Shown: in pieces, positions 9,306-18,745 of the stretch
Layout: every line of letters begins with the position of its first letter
Position numbering within the stretch: the stretch's first letter is position 1
Source: Planctomycetota bacterium
GTDB lineage: Bacteria; Planctomycetota; UBA1135; UBA2386
Reading direction: 5' to 3'
Length of the DNA: 64,000 bases
NCBI GenBank assembly: GCA_016794035.1
Contig: JAEUHS010000019.1
Location: forward strand, 62,247 to 126,246
The notes under the pieces: generated by a model
Seen by the model: only the letters and a program-made list of their open reading frames with translations
What the model was told of the DNA's origin: nothing
The model's database searches: none
Program-made: the position numbers and the translations under genes

Positions 9306-9407
9306 CGTTGCACGGACGCTAGACCGGCGTCTGCGCGGCCGGAAGGCGCGCCGCGTGCACTGCATGCGTGCGTTTGGCGCCACGTCCGGCGCAGCTATGA
9401 TCGCTGC

Positions 9408-10322
9408 ATGTCGCGGCCCGATCTCAATCTCCTGGTCACGCTGGACGTGTTGCTGTCGGAGGCGAGTGTCGCGCGCGCAGCCCGGCGACTGCGGCTCAGT
9501 CCGTCGGCGATGAGTCGGGCGCTGACGCGATTGCGCAGCGCGACCGGGGATCCGTTGCTGGTGCGCGCGGGTCGTTCCCTGGTGCCGTCGCCACGCGCCG
9601 TCGAACTGCGTCCGCGCGTGCACCAGCTCGTGCAAGAGGCGGCAGACGTGCTGCGTCCCGGTGCGGCGCTCGACCTGAAGCGTTTGGTGCGCACGTTCAC
9701 GTTTCGCACCAGTGAGGGCTTCGCCGAGAACTTCGGTCCGGCCCTGCTCGCGCGCATCGGCGAAGAGGCGCCCGGCGTGCGGCTGCGTTTCCTGCCGAAG
9801 GTCGACAAGGAGAGCGCTCCCCTGCGGGATGGAACGGTCGATCTCGAGACCGGCGTGATCGGTCCCGCGACGGGTCCGGAGCTGCGTGTGCAGGCGCTGT
9901 TCCGGGATCGCTTCGTTGGCGTCGTGCGTGCCGGCCACCCGCTGTGCAAAGGCAAGGTGACGCCGGCGCGCTACGCCGCGGGGGAGCACATCGGCGTCTC
10001 GCGCCGCGGGGTCGACCACGGGCCGATCGAGGCAGCGATGCTGGACCTCGGCCTTGCGCGGAGGGTCGTCACCGTCGTCGGCGGGTTCGCGACCGCCGTC
10101 GCACTGGCCCGCGGCTCCGACCTGATCGCGAGCGTGCCGGAACGCCATACCGGCGTGTTGCTCGCCGGGCTGCACCGGTTCCGGCTGCCGTTCACGATCC
10201 CCGAGATCACGGTCTCCCTGCTCTGGCATCCGCGGCTGGACGCCGATGCGGCGCATCGTTGGCTGCGCCAATGCGTGCACGCCTGCGTCGGTGGAGAGCA
10301 GGTGGCGAGCGGCGCCAGCTGA
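9408..10322 (+). CDS. LysR-family transcriptional regulator, divergent from the MFS gene
   Basis: From the ATG at 9408: MSRPDLNLLVTLDVLLSEASVARAARRLRLSPSAMSRALTRLR (LysR wHTH), followed by a LysR substrate-binding-like domain. Confidence 0.85.
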   Translation: MSRPDLNLLVTLDVLLSEASVARAARRLRLSPSAMSRALTRLRSATGDPLLVRAGRSLVPSPRAVELRPRVHQLVQEAADVLRPGAALDLKRLVRTFTFRTSEGFAENFGPALLARIGEEAPGVRLRFLPKVDKESAPLRDGTVDLETGVIGPATGPELRVQALFRDRFVGVVRAGHPLCKGKVTPARYAAGEHIGVSRRGVDHGPIEAAMLDLGLARRVVTVVGGFATAVALARGSDLIASVPERHTGVLLAGLHRFRLPFTIPEITVSLLWHPRLDADAAHRWLRQCVHACVGGEQVASGAS

Positions 10323-10434
10323 ACCCGACCCAGCCGCTCGCGACCCGCCGGCCGTGCCAGGGGCGCGGTCGGCGACAGATCGCGGCCCCGATCGGCCACC
10401 CACGGCGCGCGTTCCACCGCTACCTTTCTCCGTC

Positions 10435-12261
10435 ATGCGCATCCCGTTCCCGTTGCACCTCTCCCTGCTGCCGTTCGCCGCCCTGCTGCTGTTCTGTCAC
10501 GCGCCGCTCGTCGCGCAAGGCGATACGAAATCGGCCGACGAAGCCGCGGCGACCACCGGGCCGAAGAAGCAGCAGATCCCGTTCCTGCGGCCGCAGGGCA
10601 GCTACGCCGACCTGCCGGAGATGGGCTTCTCGCCGATGAGCCTGCTCGGCGGCGGCGGGTCGCTGCCGAAGCCGTTCTTCCGCTTCGTCGAGGCCGTCGA
10701 CGGGCTGGCGAAGGTCGACGGGGCGCAGGTCGTGTTCGACCTGTCGGGCGGCGCGTCGTTCAACGGGCCGCAGCTGCGCGAACTCGAGCGCGCGCTCGCG
10801 CGCGTGCGCGAGGCGGGCAAGCAGATCACCTGCTACCTCGAGAACGCCGACTCGGGCACGTTCGAACTCGCGGCCCAGTGCGATCGCGTGCTGATGGCCG
10901 ACATGGGCGCGCTCGACCTGCGGTCGCCGGCGATGTCGGTGATGCACATGAAGGACGCGCTCGATCTGCTGGGCATCCAGGTCGAGGTCACGCGCGTCGG
11001 CGCGTTCAAGGGCGCGGTCGAGCCCTACATGCTGCCGACGATGTCCGACCACCTGCGCGCGCACTACGAGGCGATGCTGCGCTCGATCAACGACGACGTC
11101 GTGCGCCGCATCGCCAGCGGCCGTCGGCTCAGCGCCGCCACCGTGCGCGAGCTGCAGGCGCAGCGCCTGTTCACGGCCAAGGAGGCGCTGGGCAAGGGGC
11201 TCGTCGACCAGCTGGTGCCCTGGAGCGGCGCCGAACGCGCGATCGCGTTGCTGCGCGGCGACGAGCAGTTCGAGCTGACCGACGCGGGGCCGAAGAAGAA
11301 GCGCCAGAGCCGCGACCTGATGGCGATCCTCGGCAGCCTGCTGCGGCAGAACAAGGAGGAGGAGATCGAGGATCCGCAGCTGGTCGTCATGCACCTCTCG
11401 GGGCAGATCGTCGATGGCGACAAGCCGGTCCCCGGCAACATGGTCAGCGGTCCCGCGGTGACGAAGCTCGACGAGCTGGCCGCGAACGACCTGGTCAAGG
11501 GCGTCGTCGTGCGCATCAACTCGCCGGGCGGCTCGGCGACCGCGAGCGAGGCGATCCGCACCGCGCTGCAGCGGCTGGCGGCGAAGAAGCCGGTGGTGTT
11601 CTCGATGGGCGAACTGGCGGCGTCGGGCGGCTACTGGATCACCACGATCGGCCAGCCGATCCTGGCCGAGGTGTCGACCATCACCGGCTCGATCGGTGTG
11701 TTCGGCATGCGTTTCCAGCCCGGCGCGCTGATGCGGCGCCTCGGCGTGCACACCGAGATCGTGCGGCTCGACGACGGCCCGCTGATGGACGCGACCGATC
11801 GCCCGTGGAGCGACACGGCGCGCGAACGCATGCAGGGGTTCGTCGACGAGGTCTACGCGCGCTTCCTGCAGAACGTCGCGGCGTCGCGGCACAAGACCAC
11901 CGACGAGGTCGACGCGATCGCCGGCGGCCGCGTCTGGTCGGGCCAGCAGGCGGTCGACAACGGCCTGGTCGACGCGATCGGCGGGCTCGACGACGCGATC
12001 GCGCGCGTGCGGGCCGCGGCCAGCCTCGGCGACGACGTCGAAGTGCTGCACGTGCCGGAGCCGAAGAACTTCGCCGACTCGCTGTTCGCGTCGATGTTCG
12101 AGGCGCAGGTGCAGGCGGGCGGCGATGCCGCGGTGCTGCGCGCGGTGCTGGCCGAGTGCGCCCGCTACGGCGAGGTGCTCGGCGTCGTGCGCGACGCGCT
12201 GGTGCAGGACGGCATGCCGCGCGTCTACGCGATGCTGCCGGCGGGCCTGCGGGTCCGCTGA
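10435..12261 (+). CDS. sppA: Signal peptide peptidase SppA, 67K type
   Basis: From the ATG at 10435 there is a signal/TM segment, then two ClpP-fold repeats with VVRINSPGGSATASEAI, MGELAASGGYWI, STITGSIGVFG and GRVWSGQQAVDNGLVD. Confidence 0.85.
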   Translation: MRIPFPLHLSLLPFAALLLFCHAPLVAQGDTKSADEAAATTGPKKQQIPFLRPQGSYADLPEMGFSPMSLLGGGGSLPKPFFRFVEAVDGLAKVDGAQVVFDLSGGASFNGPQLRELERALARVREAGKQITCYLENADSGTFELAAQCDRVLMADMGALDLRSPAMSVMHMKDALDLLGIQVEVTRVGAFKGAVEPYMLPTMSDHLRAHYEAMLRSINDDVVRRIASGRRLSAATVRELQAQRLFTAKEALGKGLVDQLVPWSGAERAIALLRGDEQFELTDAGPKKKRQSRDLMAILGSLLRQNKEEEIEDPQLVVMHLSGQIVDGDKPVPGNMVSGPAVTKLDELAANDLVKGVVVRINSPGGSATASEAIRTALQRLAAKKPVVFSMGELAASGGYWITTIGQPILAEVSTITGSIGVFGMRFQPGALMRRLGVHTEIVRLDDGPLMDATDRPWSDTARERMQGFVDEVYARFLQNVAASRHKTTDEVDAIAGGRVWSGQQAVDNGLVDAIGGLDDAIARVRAAASLGDDVEVLHVPEPKNFADSLFASMFEAQVQAGGDAAVLRAVLAECARYGEVLGVVRDALVQDGMPRVYAMLPAGLRVR

Positions 12262-12273
12262 TCGACGGTCGGA

Positions 12274-12900
12274 TCAGCCGAGGCGGCCGCGCAGCAGGTC
12301 GACGACCGTCGTCGCCCATTCGGCCGGCGTGTGCTGCCAGCCGAGCACCAGGTCGGCGGTGCTGCGCGCCGGCTCGACGAAGTGTTCGTGCATCGGCCGC
12401 ACCGACTGCAGGTACTGCAGCACGACCGACTGCACGGTGCGACCGCGTTCGACGATGTCGCGCTGCACGCGGCGCAGCGCGCGCACGTCGGCCGGCGTGT
12501 CGACGAACACGCGCAGGTCGAAGGCAGAACGCAATTCCGGCACCGCCAGCAGCAGGATGCCCTCGCACAGCACGATCGGCCGCGGCTCGACGTGCGTCGT
12601 CGCCGGCAGCCGCGTGTGGGTCGCGAAGTCGTAGAGCGGGCGCTCGACCGCGCGGCCGTCGCGCAGGCTCTGCAGGTGGTCGGCCAGCAGTCCGTTCTCC
12701 AGGCTCTCGGGGTGGTCGAAGTTGACGCGGGCGCGCTGGTCGATCGGCAGGTCCGACAGGTCCCGGTAGTAGGAGTCGTGGTCGAGCACCGCGCAGCGCT
12801 CGGCGCCGATCGCCTCGACCAGGGCCCGGGTCAGCGAGGTCTTGCCGCTGCCCGAGCCCCCGGCGATGGCGACGGTGAAGGGGCGCACGCGCAGTGGCAT
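12274..12900 (-). CDS. udk: Uridine kinase
   Basis: From the ATG at 12900: VAIAGGSGSGKTSL (P-loop), DSYYRD, NFDHPES, PLYDF..HTR, ILCEGILLL, FVDTPADVRALRRVQRDIVERGR. The sequence is colinear with Udk. Confidence 0.88.
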   Translation of the reverse strand: MPLRVRPFTVAIAGGSGSGKTSLTRALVEAIGAERCAVLDHDSYYRDLSDLPIDQRARVNFDHPESLENGLLADHLQSLRDGRAVERPLYDFATHTRLPATTHVEPRPIVLCEGILLLAVPELRSAFDLRVFVDTPADVRALRRVQRDIVERGRTVQSVVLQYLQSVRPMHEHFVEPARSTADLVLGWQHTPAEWATTVVDLLRGRLG

Positions 12901-13043
12901 GGGGCGCAGGGTAGCCGTTCCCGATCCCGTTCGCGACGCTGGCGTCGGGCCGGCCGATCTTGTCGGGGAAGGACTTGAGCCTGCCTGGTCCGGCCCTACT
13001 CTCGGCCACGTCGGCGCACCGCCGCCGATCGAGCTCCGCAGCG

Positions 13044-13397
13044 TTGTCTTACGATCCCTCCAATGTGTTCGCGCGCATCCTGCGGCGAGAGATCCCGGCG
13101 CAGGTGCTGCACGAAGACGAGCATTGCCTCGCCTTCCGCGACGCCGCACCACAGGCTCCGGTGCACTTCCTCGTGATCCCGAAGCGGGCGATCCGGACCC
13201 TGGCGGACGCGGCTGGCGCCGATGCCGCTCTGCTCGGCCACCTGATGCTCACGGCGGCTGCCGTCGCCCGGCAGCAGGGGCTCGCCGATGGCGCCTTCCG
13301 CGTCGTGGTCAACAACGGCGGCGGCGCCGGTCAGACCGTGTTCCACCTCCACCTGCACGTGCTCGCCGGCCGACCGCTGGCGTGGCCCCCGGGCTGA
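13044..13397 (+). CDS. HIT-family (histidine triad) protein
   Basis: YDPSNVFARILRREIPAQVLHEDEHCLAFRD..HFLVIPK..NNGGGAGQTVFHLHLHVLAG carries the HxHxHxx triad. Start is uncertain: TTG 13044 gives a typical ~117-aa HIT protein, whereas the track's TTG 12960 would add a low-complexity extension. Confidence 0.8.
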   Translation: MSYDPSNVFARILRREIPAQVLHEDEHCLAFRDAAPQAPVHFLVIPKRAIRTLADAAGADAALLGHLMLTAAAVARQQGLADGAFRVVVNNGGGAGQTVFHLHLHVLAGRPLAWPPG

Positions 13398-13404
13398 GAC
13401 ACCG

Positions 13405-15213
13405 ATGGCCGATCCCATCGACCGCTTCGACGAGCTCGACGATCCCGAGGTGATGTTCCTGCCGCTCGCGGCGACGTCCACGGAGGCCTGGCGCGACCTC
13501 GACGCCGGCGTGTTCGCACGGCGCATCCCGGACTTCGTGCACCAGGTGCTGAACCAGGGCCAGGCCGGGCCGACGGCGATGCTCGAACTGCAGACGTCCG
13601 CCGATTCGGGGCCGGTGCACTGGGTCGAACTGCAGGAGGCGCCCGATCGCGACGAGGCGTTCGAGCTGCTGCCCGACGACCTCGACGTGCGCGCGGTCGT
13701 CACCGGCGAGATCCTGCCGCTCGAGGACTCGCTGCGCATCGAGTTCCACGTCTATCGCGACGAGGAAGGCGACGAGTTCGTCACCGAGAAGATGGGCGGC
13801 GTCGTGCAGCTCGCCGATCCGATGCCGGGCCTGCTGCGCTTGACGCGCCACCTCGCGCGGCTGCTCGGCATCCCGTTCCACGAGCCGCCGGCCGGTCTGC
13901 TGACGCGCAACGGCATCGCCTTCCGCCACTTCCTGCAGGGCCTCGACAACGCGATGCTGCTCAGCGGCGATCTCGAGATCGCGGTGCCCGACGATCGCGA
14001 GGCGCTGATCCGACCGTTCGCCGACGCGCTCGACCTCGACCCGACGTTCGGCCTCGCGCTGCGCGTCGCGAACGCGACCACGGCGATCGCGCTCGACGGG
14101 GCGCGGCTCGACCAGGAGGCCGTGCGGCGCTTCCTCGACCGCTGTTACTCGGCGCAGCCCGGCGACGGCGATGCCTGCGTCGCGATCGCCGAGCAGCTGT
14201 CCGACATGGGCGACGACCAGCGCGCGGTCGCCTGGCTCGAACACGCGACCCACCTCGATCCGCCGCCGGCGCGCGGGCTCGAGAGCCTCGGCATCCTGAT
14301 GGCACGCCGCGGCGACCACGGCGCCGCGCGCGGCCTGTGGCTGCGCGGCCTCGACGTCGACGGCCACCCGGACTTCTTCTCGCACCTGGCGCAGCTCAGC
14401 TTCGCCGAGCAGCACGAGGCCGACGCGTGGGAGCTCGAACTGCGCGGGTTGCGGCGGCTGCACGAACGCACCGTGCGGGCCGGCGAGTGGATCGACGTCG
14501 ACCGCGGCGCCGGCGTGCTGCTCGAGTGTCTGCACCTCCAGCTCGCCTCGCGCGCCGCGCCGCCCGCCGTCGCCGACGCGCTCGATGCGCTGCGCGGCCT
14601 GCTGACCGGCGAAGCGCGTATCCATCTCGGTCTGTGCCTCGCCGCCTGCAGCCGTCGGCGCGAGGCGCGCGTCGAACTGGTGGCCGGCCTGCGCGCGGTC
14701 GTCGACCTCGACAACCGCGACCGCGCCGTGCGCGCGCTGCTGCAGCTCGACGTCGCCGACTTCGAGGCGCGGTTCGCGAGGGCGGTCGACCGGGCGCAGA
14801 AGGCGCGCAATCCGCGGCCGGCGTTGGCCGAACTGCAGCTGTGGCTGCATCTGCAGCCCGAGTTCTGGCCGGCCCTGTTCTTCTCGGCGGTCGCCAAGCG
14901 CCGCATCGGCGACGTCGACGAGGCGCTCGACCTGCTGGCCGCGGCGCTCGAGATCACGCCGGACCAGCCGGACGTGCTGCAGGAGATGGCCGAGCTGTTC
15001 GATCGCCGGCGCAACCCCAAGCGCGCGCTCGAACTGGTCGACAAGGCGCTCGAGGAGCGGCCGCGTGAGGCCAGGTTCCACGCCGCGAAGGCGCGCTACC
15101 TGCGCCATCTCGGTCGGCTCGACGACGCGCGGCGTCAAGTGCAGCGCGCCCTGGAGCGCGGCATCGACAGCCCCGAACTGCGCCGCCTGCAACGGCGGCT
15201 GCCGGCGCCGTAG
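13405..15213 (+). CDS. TPR/helical-repeat protein (602 aa), cytoplasmic
   Basis: The ATG at 13405 lies 7 nt after the HIT gene stop. The C-terminal half has TPR-like repeats (..EALDLLAAALEITPDQPDVLQEMAELFDRRRNPKRALELVDKALEERPREARFHAAKARYL..). No signal peptide. Confidence 0.7.
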   Translation: MADPIDRFDELDDPEVMFLPLAATSTEAWRDLDAGVFARRIPDFVHQVLNQGQAGPTAMLELQTSADSGPVHWVELQEAPDRDEAFELLPDDLDVRAVVTGEILPLEDSLRIEFHVYRDEEGDEFVTEKMGGVVQLADPMPGLLRLTRHLARLLGIPFHEPPAGLLTRNGIAFRHFLQGLDNAMLLSGDLEIAVPDDREALIRPFADALDLDPTFGLALRVANATTAIALDGARLDQEAVRRFLDRCYSAQPGDGDACVAIAEQLSDMGDDQRAVAWLEHATHLDPPPARGLESLGILMARRGDHGAARGLWLRGLDVDGHPDFFSHLAQLSFAEQHEADAWELELRGLRRLHERTVRAGEWIDVDRGAGVLLECLHLQLASRAAPPAVADALDALRGLLTGEARIHLGLCLAACSRRREARVELVAGLRAVVDLDNRDRAVRALLQLDVADFEARFARAVDRAQKARNPRPALAELQLWLHLQPEFWPALFFSAVAKRRIGDVDEALDLLAAALEITPDQPDVLQEMAELFDRRRNPKRALELVDKALEERPREARFHAAKARYLRHLGRLDDARRQVQRALERGIDSPELRRLQRRLPAP

Positions 15214-15225
15214 ACCGCGTTGCCG

Positions 15226-16401
15226 CTACCGCGGCGGCGTCGCCAGGTGGCTCAGGTCGATGCGGCTGACGGTGCTGCTCTGCAGCAGGTGGTCGAGCTT
15301 CTCGGTCGCGAGCCATTCGTAGATGCTCTCCATCGGCGTGCACAGTCCCATGTGCGGCACCACGACCGGTGCGCCCTTGCCGTGCGTGTAGATCTTCGAG
15401 AACACGCCGATGAGCTGGCGCGTGTCGCCGAGGTAGATGCCGCCGCCGCTGTTGCCGAAGTAGGTCGGCGCGTTGATCATCCAGTAGTTGGCGCCGTTCA
15501 GCTCGTTGTGCAGCGAGCTGACCTCGCCGTTGCTGGGCACCGGATCGTTGCCGAGCGGACAGCCGACGGCGCAGACGGGGTCCCAGACCTTGACCTGCCC
15601 GCACTCGTTGCGCGGCAGGACGTTGGCGACGAACGGCAGCTTGCGGTCGGTGACGAGCCGCACCAGCGCCGCGTCGATCTTCGGCTGGCTGGCGACCATG
15701 CGCCCCTTCACGACCAGCTTCTCGCCGGGCATGTAGATCGTCACGTCGAAGCCGTCCTGCGCCGCCTTCGGCGTGTCGGCGAGGATGTTGCGGACCACGT
15801 GGTGTGCGGTCAGCACGTAGGTCTCGACCGCATGCGACTTCGGGTTCTCGCCGGAGAACACGATCGTGCCCGAGCCGACGGTGTCGTCGCCGTTCAGCTG
15901 CACGGTCGGCAGCAGCATCGTGTGGGTCAGCTCGGTCGGATCGCGGTAGAGCTGGCTGGCCAGCGTCGCGATCGCCACCTGCGTCTCGGACAGCTTGCTG
16001 GCCGCGTCCTCTTCCTTGGTGCGCGTCTCGTGGATGTAGGCGTCGACCAGCGCCTTCTGGCGTTCGAAATCGGTCGCCATCTGGCTGCGGAAGGTCTCGA
16101 CCTCGCGGCGCGCCTGCTGCAGCTCCTGTTCCAGCGCCTGGGCGCGGTTGGAGCCGGCGGTCGCGTTCTTGAACTGCGCCTCCAGCGTCGCCATGCGGGC
16201 CTCGGTCTGGGCGAGGATCTGCTGGCGGATCTGCTGCAACTCGCGGGTGTCGCCCGCCGCGGCGGCGACCTGTTCGACCTTGCGCTCGAGGGCGCCGACA
16301 TCGGTCTGCCGCGTCTCGAGCCGCGCGATCTGGTGATGGAACGAGACCATCAAGACCAGAGCCGCGAGGCCACAGAACACCTCCAGCAAAGTGCGTTTCA
16401 T
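15226..16401 (-). CDS. Membrane-anchored coiled-coil trypsin-like (S1) serine protease
   Basis: From the ATG at 16401: MKRTLLEVFCGLAALVLMVSF (TM anchor), about 150 aa of heptad-like Q/E/A-rich sequence, then a protease domain with LTAHHVV (His), DAALVRL (Asp) and FGNSGGG (Ser). Confidence 0.75.
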   Translation of the reverse strand: MKRTLLEVFCGLAALVLMVSFHHQIARLETRQTDVGALERKVEQVAAAAGDTRELQQIRQQILAQTEARMATLEAQFKNATAGSNRAQALEQELQQARREVETFRSQMATDFERQKALVDAYIHETRTKEEDAASKLSETQVAIATLASQLYRDPTELTHTMLLPTVQLNGDDTVGSGTIVFSGENPKSHAVETYVLTAHHVVRNILADTPKAAQDGFDVTIYMPGEKLVVKGRMVASQPKIDAALVRLVTDRKLPFVANVLPRNECGQVKVWDPVCAVGCPLGNDPVPSNGEVSSLHNELNGANYWMINAPTYFGNSGGGIYLGDTRQLIGVFSKIYTHGKGAPVVVPHMGLCTPMESIYEWLATEKLDHLLQSSTVSRIDLSHLATPPR

Positions 16402-16740
16402 CCCTGTTGCTCTTTCCCCGGTTGCGTGCGACTGCCCCCTGCCGCAGACCGATTCGGCGCCGCGCAGCGGCGTGCTGAAGCAAAAAACAACTGCCTTGTC
16501 CACAAGCACTTGCAGCACCCATGCCAGCGGCGTTTGCGGCCCGGCGCCCGGCTTCGGGAAGTGGCCGGGGTGCTGCGAGATGCGGCACTCGTGCCGCGGC
16601 CGTCGCGATCTCCAGCAGTGCCCCGCCGGCGGTCTCGGCGGCGGTCCACGCAGCGGCGCGCCGCAGGACGCAGGCGACCGCGCCGCGCAGGGACACTACA
16701 CTGGCGGGTCCCCGCGACCGATGCGACCGCAGGCTCCCGC

Positions 16741-17973
16741 ATGACCTTCTCCAGCGTTCCCGAACTGCTCCAAGAGCTGCAAGCCGGCCGGCCGATCGTG
16801 CTCGTCGACGACCCCGACCGTGAGAACGAGGGTGACCTGTGCTTCGCCGCCCAGTTCGCGTCGCCGGAACTGGTCGCGCAGATGTCGCGCGAGGCCTGCG
16901 GGCTGATCTGTCTGGCGATGGACGGCGCGATCTGCGACCAGCTGCAGCTGCCGATGATGGTGGCCGAGAACAAGTCGCGCTTCGGCACGGCGTTCACGGT
17001 CACGATCGAGGCCGCGGAGGGCGTCACGACCGGCATCTCGGCGAAGGACCGCGCCCGCACGATCCTGGCCGCGGTCGCGCCCGACGCGCGCCCGCAGGAC
17101 CTGGCGCGGCCGGGCCACATCTTCCCCTTGCGCGCGCGCGACGGCGGCGTGCTGGTCCGCACCGGCCAGACCGAGGGCATCGTCGACCTGTGCCGCCTGG
17201 CGGGTCTGCGGCCGGCTGGCGTGATCTGCGAGATCACCAAGCCGGATGGCGAGATGGCGCGGGTGCCGGAGCTGGAGACGTTCTGTCGCGAACGCGGCAT
17301 CAAGATGGGCTGCATCGCCGACATCGTCGAATACCGCCGCCGCCGCGAGCGGCTGGTCGAACGGGTCGCGGTCGCCAGCATGCCGACCAAGTACGGCCCC
17401 TTCGACTGCCACACCTACAAGAGCCTGGCCGACGGTCGCACACACATGGCGCTGACGGTCGGCTTCCCGCGCGCCGACGAGCACGGCACCTTTCCGCCGA
17501 TCGACGAACCGGTGCTGGTGCGCGTGCACTCGCAGTGTCTCACCGGCGACGCGTTCGGGTCGCTGCGCTGCGACTGCGGACCGCAACTGCAGACGGCGAT
17601 GCAGCGGGTGCAGGCCGAAGGTCGCGGCGTCGTGCTCTACATCAGCCAGGAGGGCCGTGGCATCGGCCTCGCGAACAAGCTGCGCGCCTACGAACTGCAG
17701 GATCGTGGCATGGACACCGTCGAGGCGAACGTGCACCTCGGCTTCCGGCCGGACGAGCGCGAGTTCGGCACCGGCGCGCAGATCCTGCACGATCTCGGCA
17801 TCCGCCGCCTGCGGCTGCTGACCAACAACCCGAAGAAGCTCGCCGGTCTGCAGGGCTACGGCCTCGAGATCGACGCGCAGGTGCCGTTGGTGATCGAGCA
17901 CAACCAGCACAACCAGAAGTACTTGGAGACGAAACGCGACAAGATGGGGCACCTGCTGGCGCGGCCCGAATGA
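16741..17973 (+). CDS. ribBA: Bifunctional 3,4-dihydroxy-2-butanone-4-phosphate synthase / GTP cyclohydrolase II
   Basis: RibB part: PIVLVDDPDRENEGDL, TAFTVTIEA, RPGHIFPL, VLVRTGQTEG. RibA part: VRVHSQCLTGD..SLRCDCGPQL, VVLYISQEGRGIGL, TNNPKK. Confidence 0.93.
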   Translation: MTFSSVPELLQELQAGRPIVLVDDPDRENEGDLCFAAQFASPELVAQMSREACGLICLAMDGAICDQLQLPMMVAENKSRFGTAFTVTIEAAEGVTTGISAKDRARTILAAVAPDARPQDLARPGHIFPLRARDGGVLVRTGQTEGIVDLCRLAGLRPAGVICEITKPDGEMARVPELETFCRERGIKMGCIADIVEYRRRRERLVERVAVASMPTKYGPFDCHTYKSLADGRTHMALTVGFPRADEHGTFPPIDEPVLVRVHSQCLTGDAFGSLRCDCGPQLQTAMQRVQAEGRGVVLYISQEGRGIGLANKLRAYELQDRGMDTVEANVHLGFRPDEREFGTGAQILHDLGIRRLRLLTNNPKKLAGLQGYGLEIDAQVPLVIEHNQHNQKYLETKRDKMGHLLARPE

Positions 17974-18070
17974 GCCCTTGCCACCGGTCCGTCGCGCCGG
18001 CCCGGACCACGCTCGTCGCGGTCGGCCGCGCGGTGGGAAGAAACGCCGCCGCTCGCCCTCCAAGGCCCCC

Positions 18071-18745
18071 GTGTTCGCCTTGAAGCTCTCCCCGCAGACC
18101 TCCGACCAGGAGCTGATCGCCGCCGTGCTCGAGGGCAGCGAATCGGCGTTCGCCCAGCTCGTCGACCGCTACAAGGACCGCGTCTTCCGGCTGCTCGGCC
18201 GCTACTGCCGCGACCTGGTCGAGTGCGAGGACCTGGCGCAGGACGTGTTCCTGAAGGTGTTCCGCAAGCTGCACACCTTCCAGCAGAACTCGGCCTTCTA
18301 CACCTGGCTGTATCGCATCGCCGTCAACGCGGCGACCGACCACCTGTCGCGCGCCAGCCACCGTCGCCTGCGCCTGGTCGAGGACGATCGGCTGCTGGAC
18401 CGCGGCAGCGACGACGCGCATGCGCCGACGGCGCCGCTGCTCGCCGCCGAACTGGCCGCGGTGACGCGCCAGATCGTCGACGGCCTGCCGGAGAAGTACC
18501 GCACGATCCTGATCCTGCGCGAGTTCGAGGAACTCTCGTACACGGAGATCGCGGCGGTGCTGCAGATCCAGCTCGGCACCGTGGAGTCGCGGCTGTTCCG
18601 CGCCCGCCAGCGCTTCAAGGACCAGCTGCAGCGTTCCCACCCCGACCTCGTTCCCGGCGGCGATGCCGAGCCGCACGACGGACCCGCCGGTCCCGGACCG
18701 GCAGCCGCCGGACCGACCGGCCCTCGGCGCGGAGCCCGACGATGA
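18071..18745 (+). CDS. ECF (group IV) sigma-70 factor
   Basis: Region 2: AFAQLVDRYKDRVFRLLGRYCRDLVECEDLAQDVFLKVFRKLHTFQQNSAFYTWLYRIAVNAATD. Region 4: LPEKYRTILILREFEELSYTEIAAVLQIQLGTVESRLFRARQRF. Start is GTG 18071 (or TTG 18080). Confidence 0.85.
   Translation: MFALKLSPQTSDQELIAAVLEGSESAFAQLVDRYKDRVFRLLGRYCRDLVECEDLAQDVFLKVFRKLHTFQQNSAFYTWLYRIAVNAATDHLSRASHRRLRLVEDDRLLDRGSDDAHAPTAPLLAAELAAVTRQIVDGLPEKYRTILILREFEELSYTEIAAVLQIQLGTVESRLFRARQRFKDQLQRSHPDLVPGGDAEPHDGPAGPGPAAAGPTGPRRGARR

Noticed and set aside
16540-16740. A canonical FMN (RFN) riboswitch upstream of ribBA.
   Set aside because: Only CCCCGCCGGCGGT resembles the RFN core. The GGGTGAAATTCCC hairpin and the entire 3' half (GCCGACGGT, AGTCCGGATGGGAG) are missing. 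I kept it as a low-interest finding rather than annotating it as a feature.
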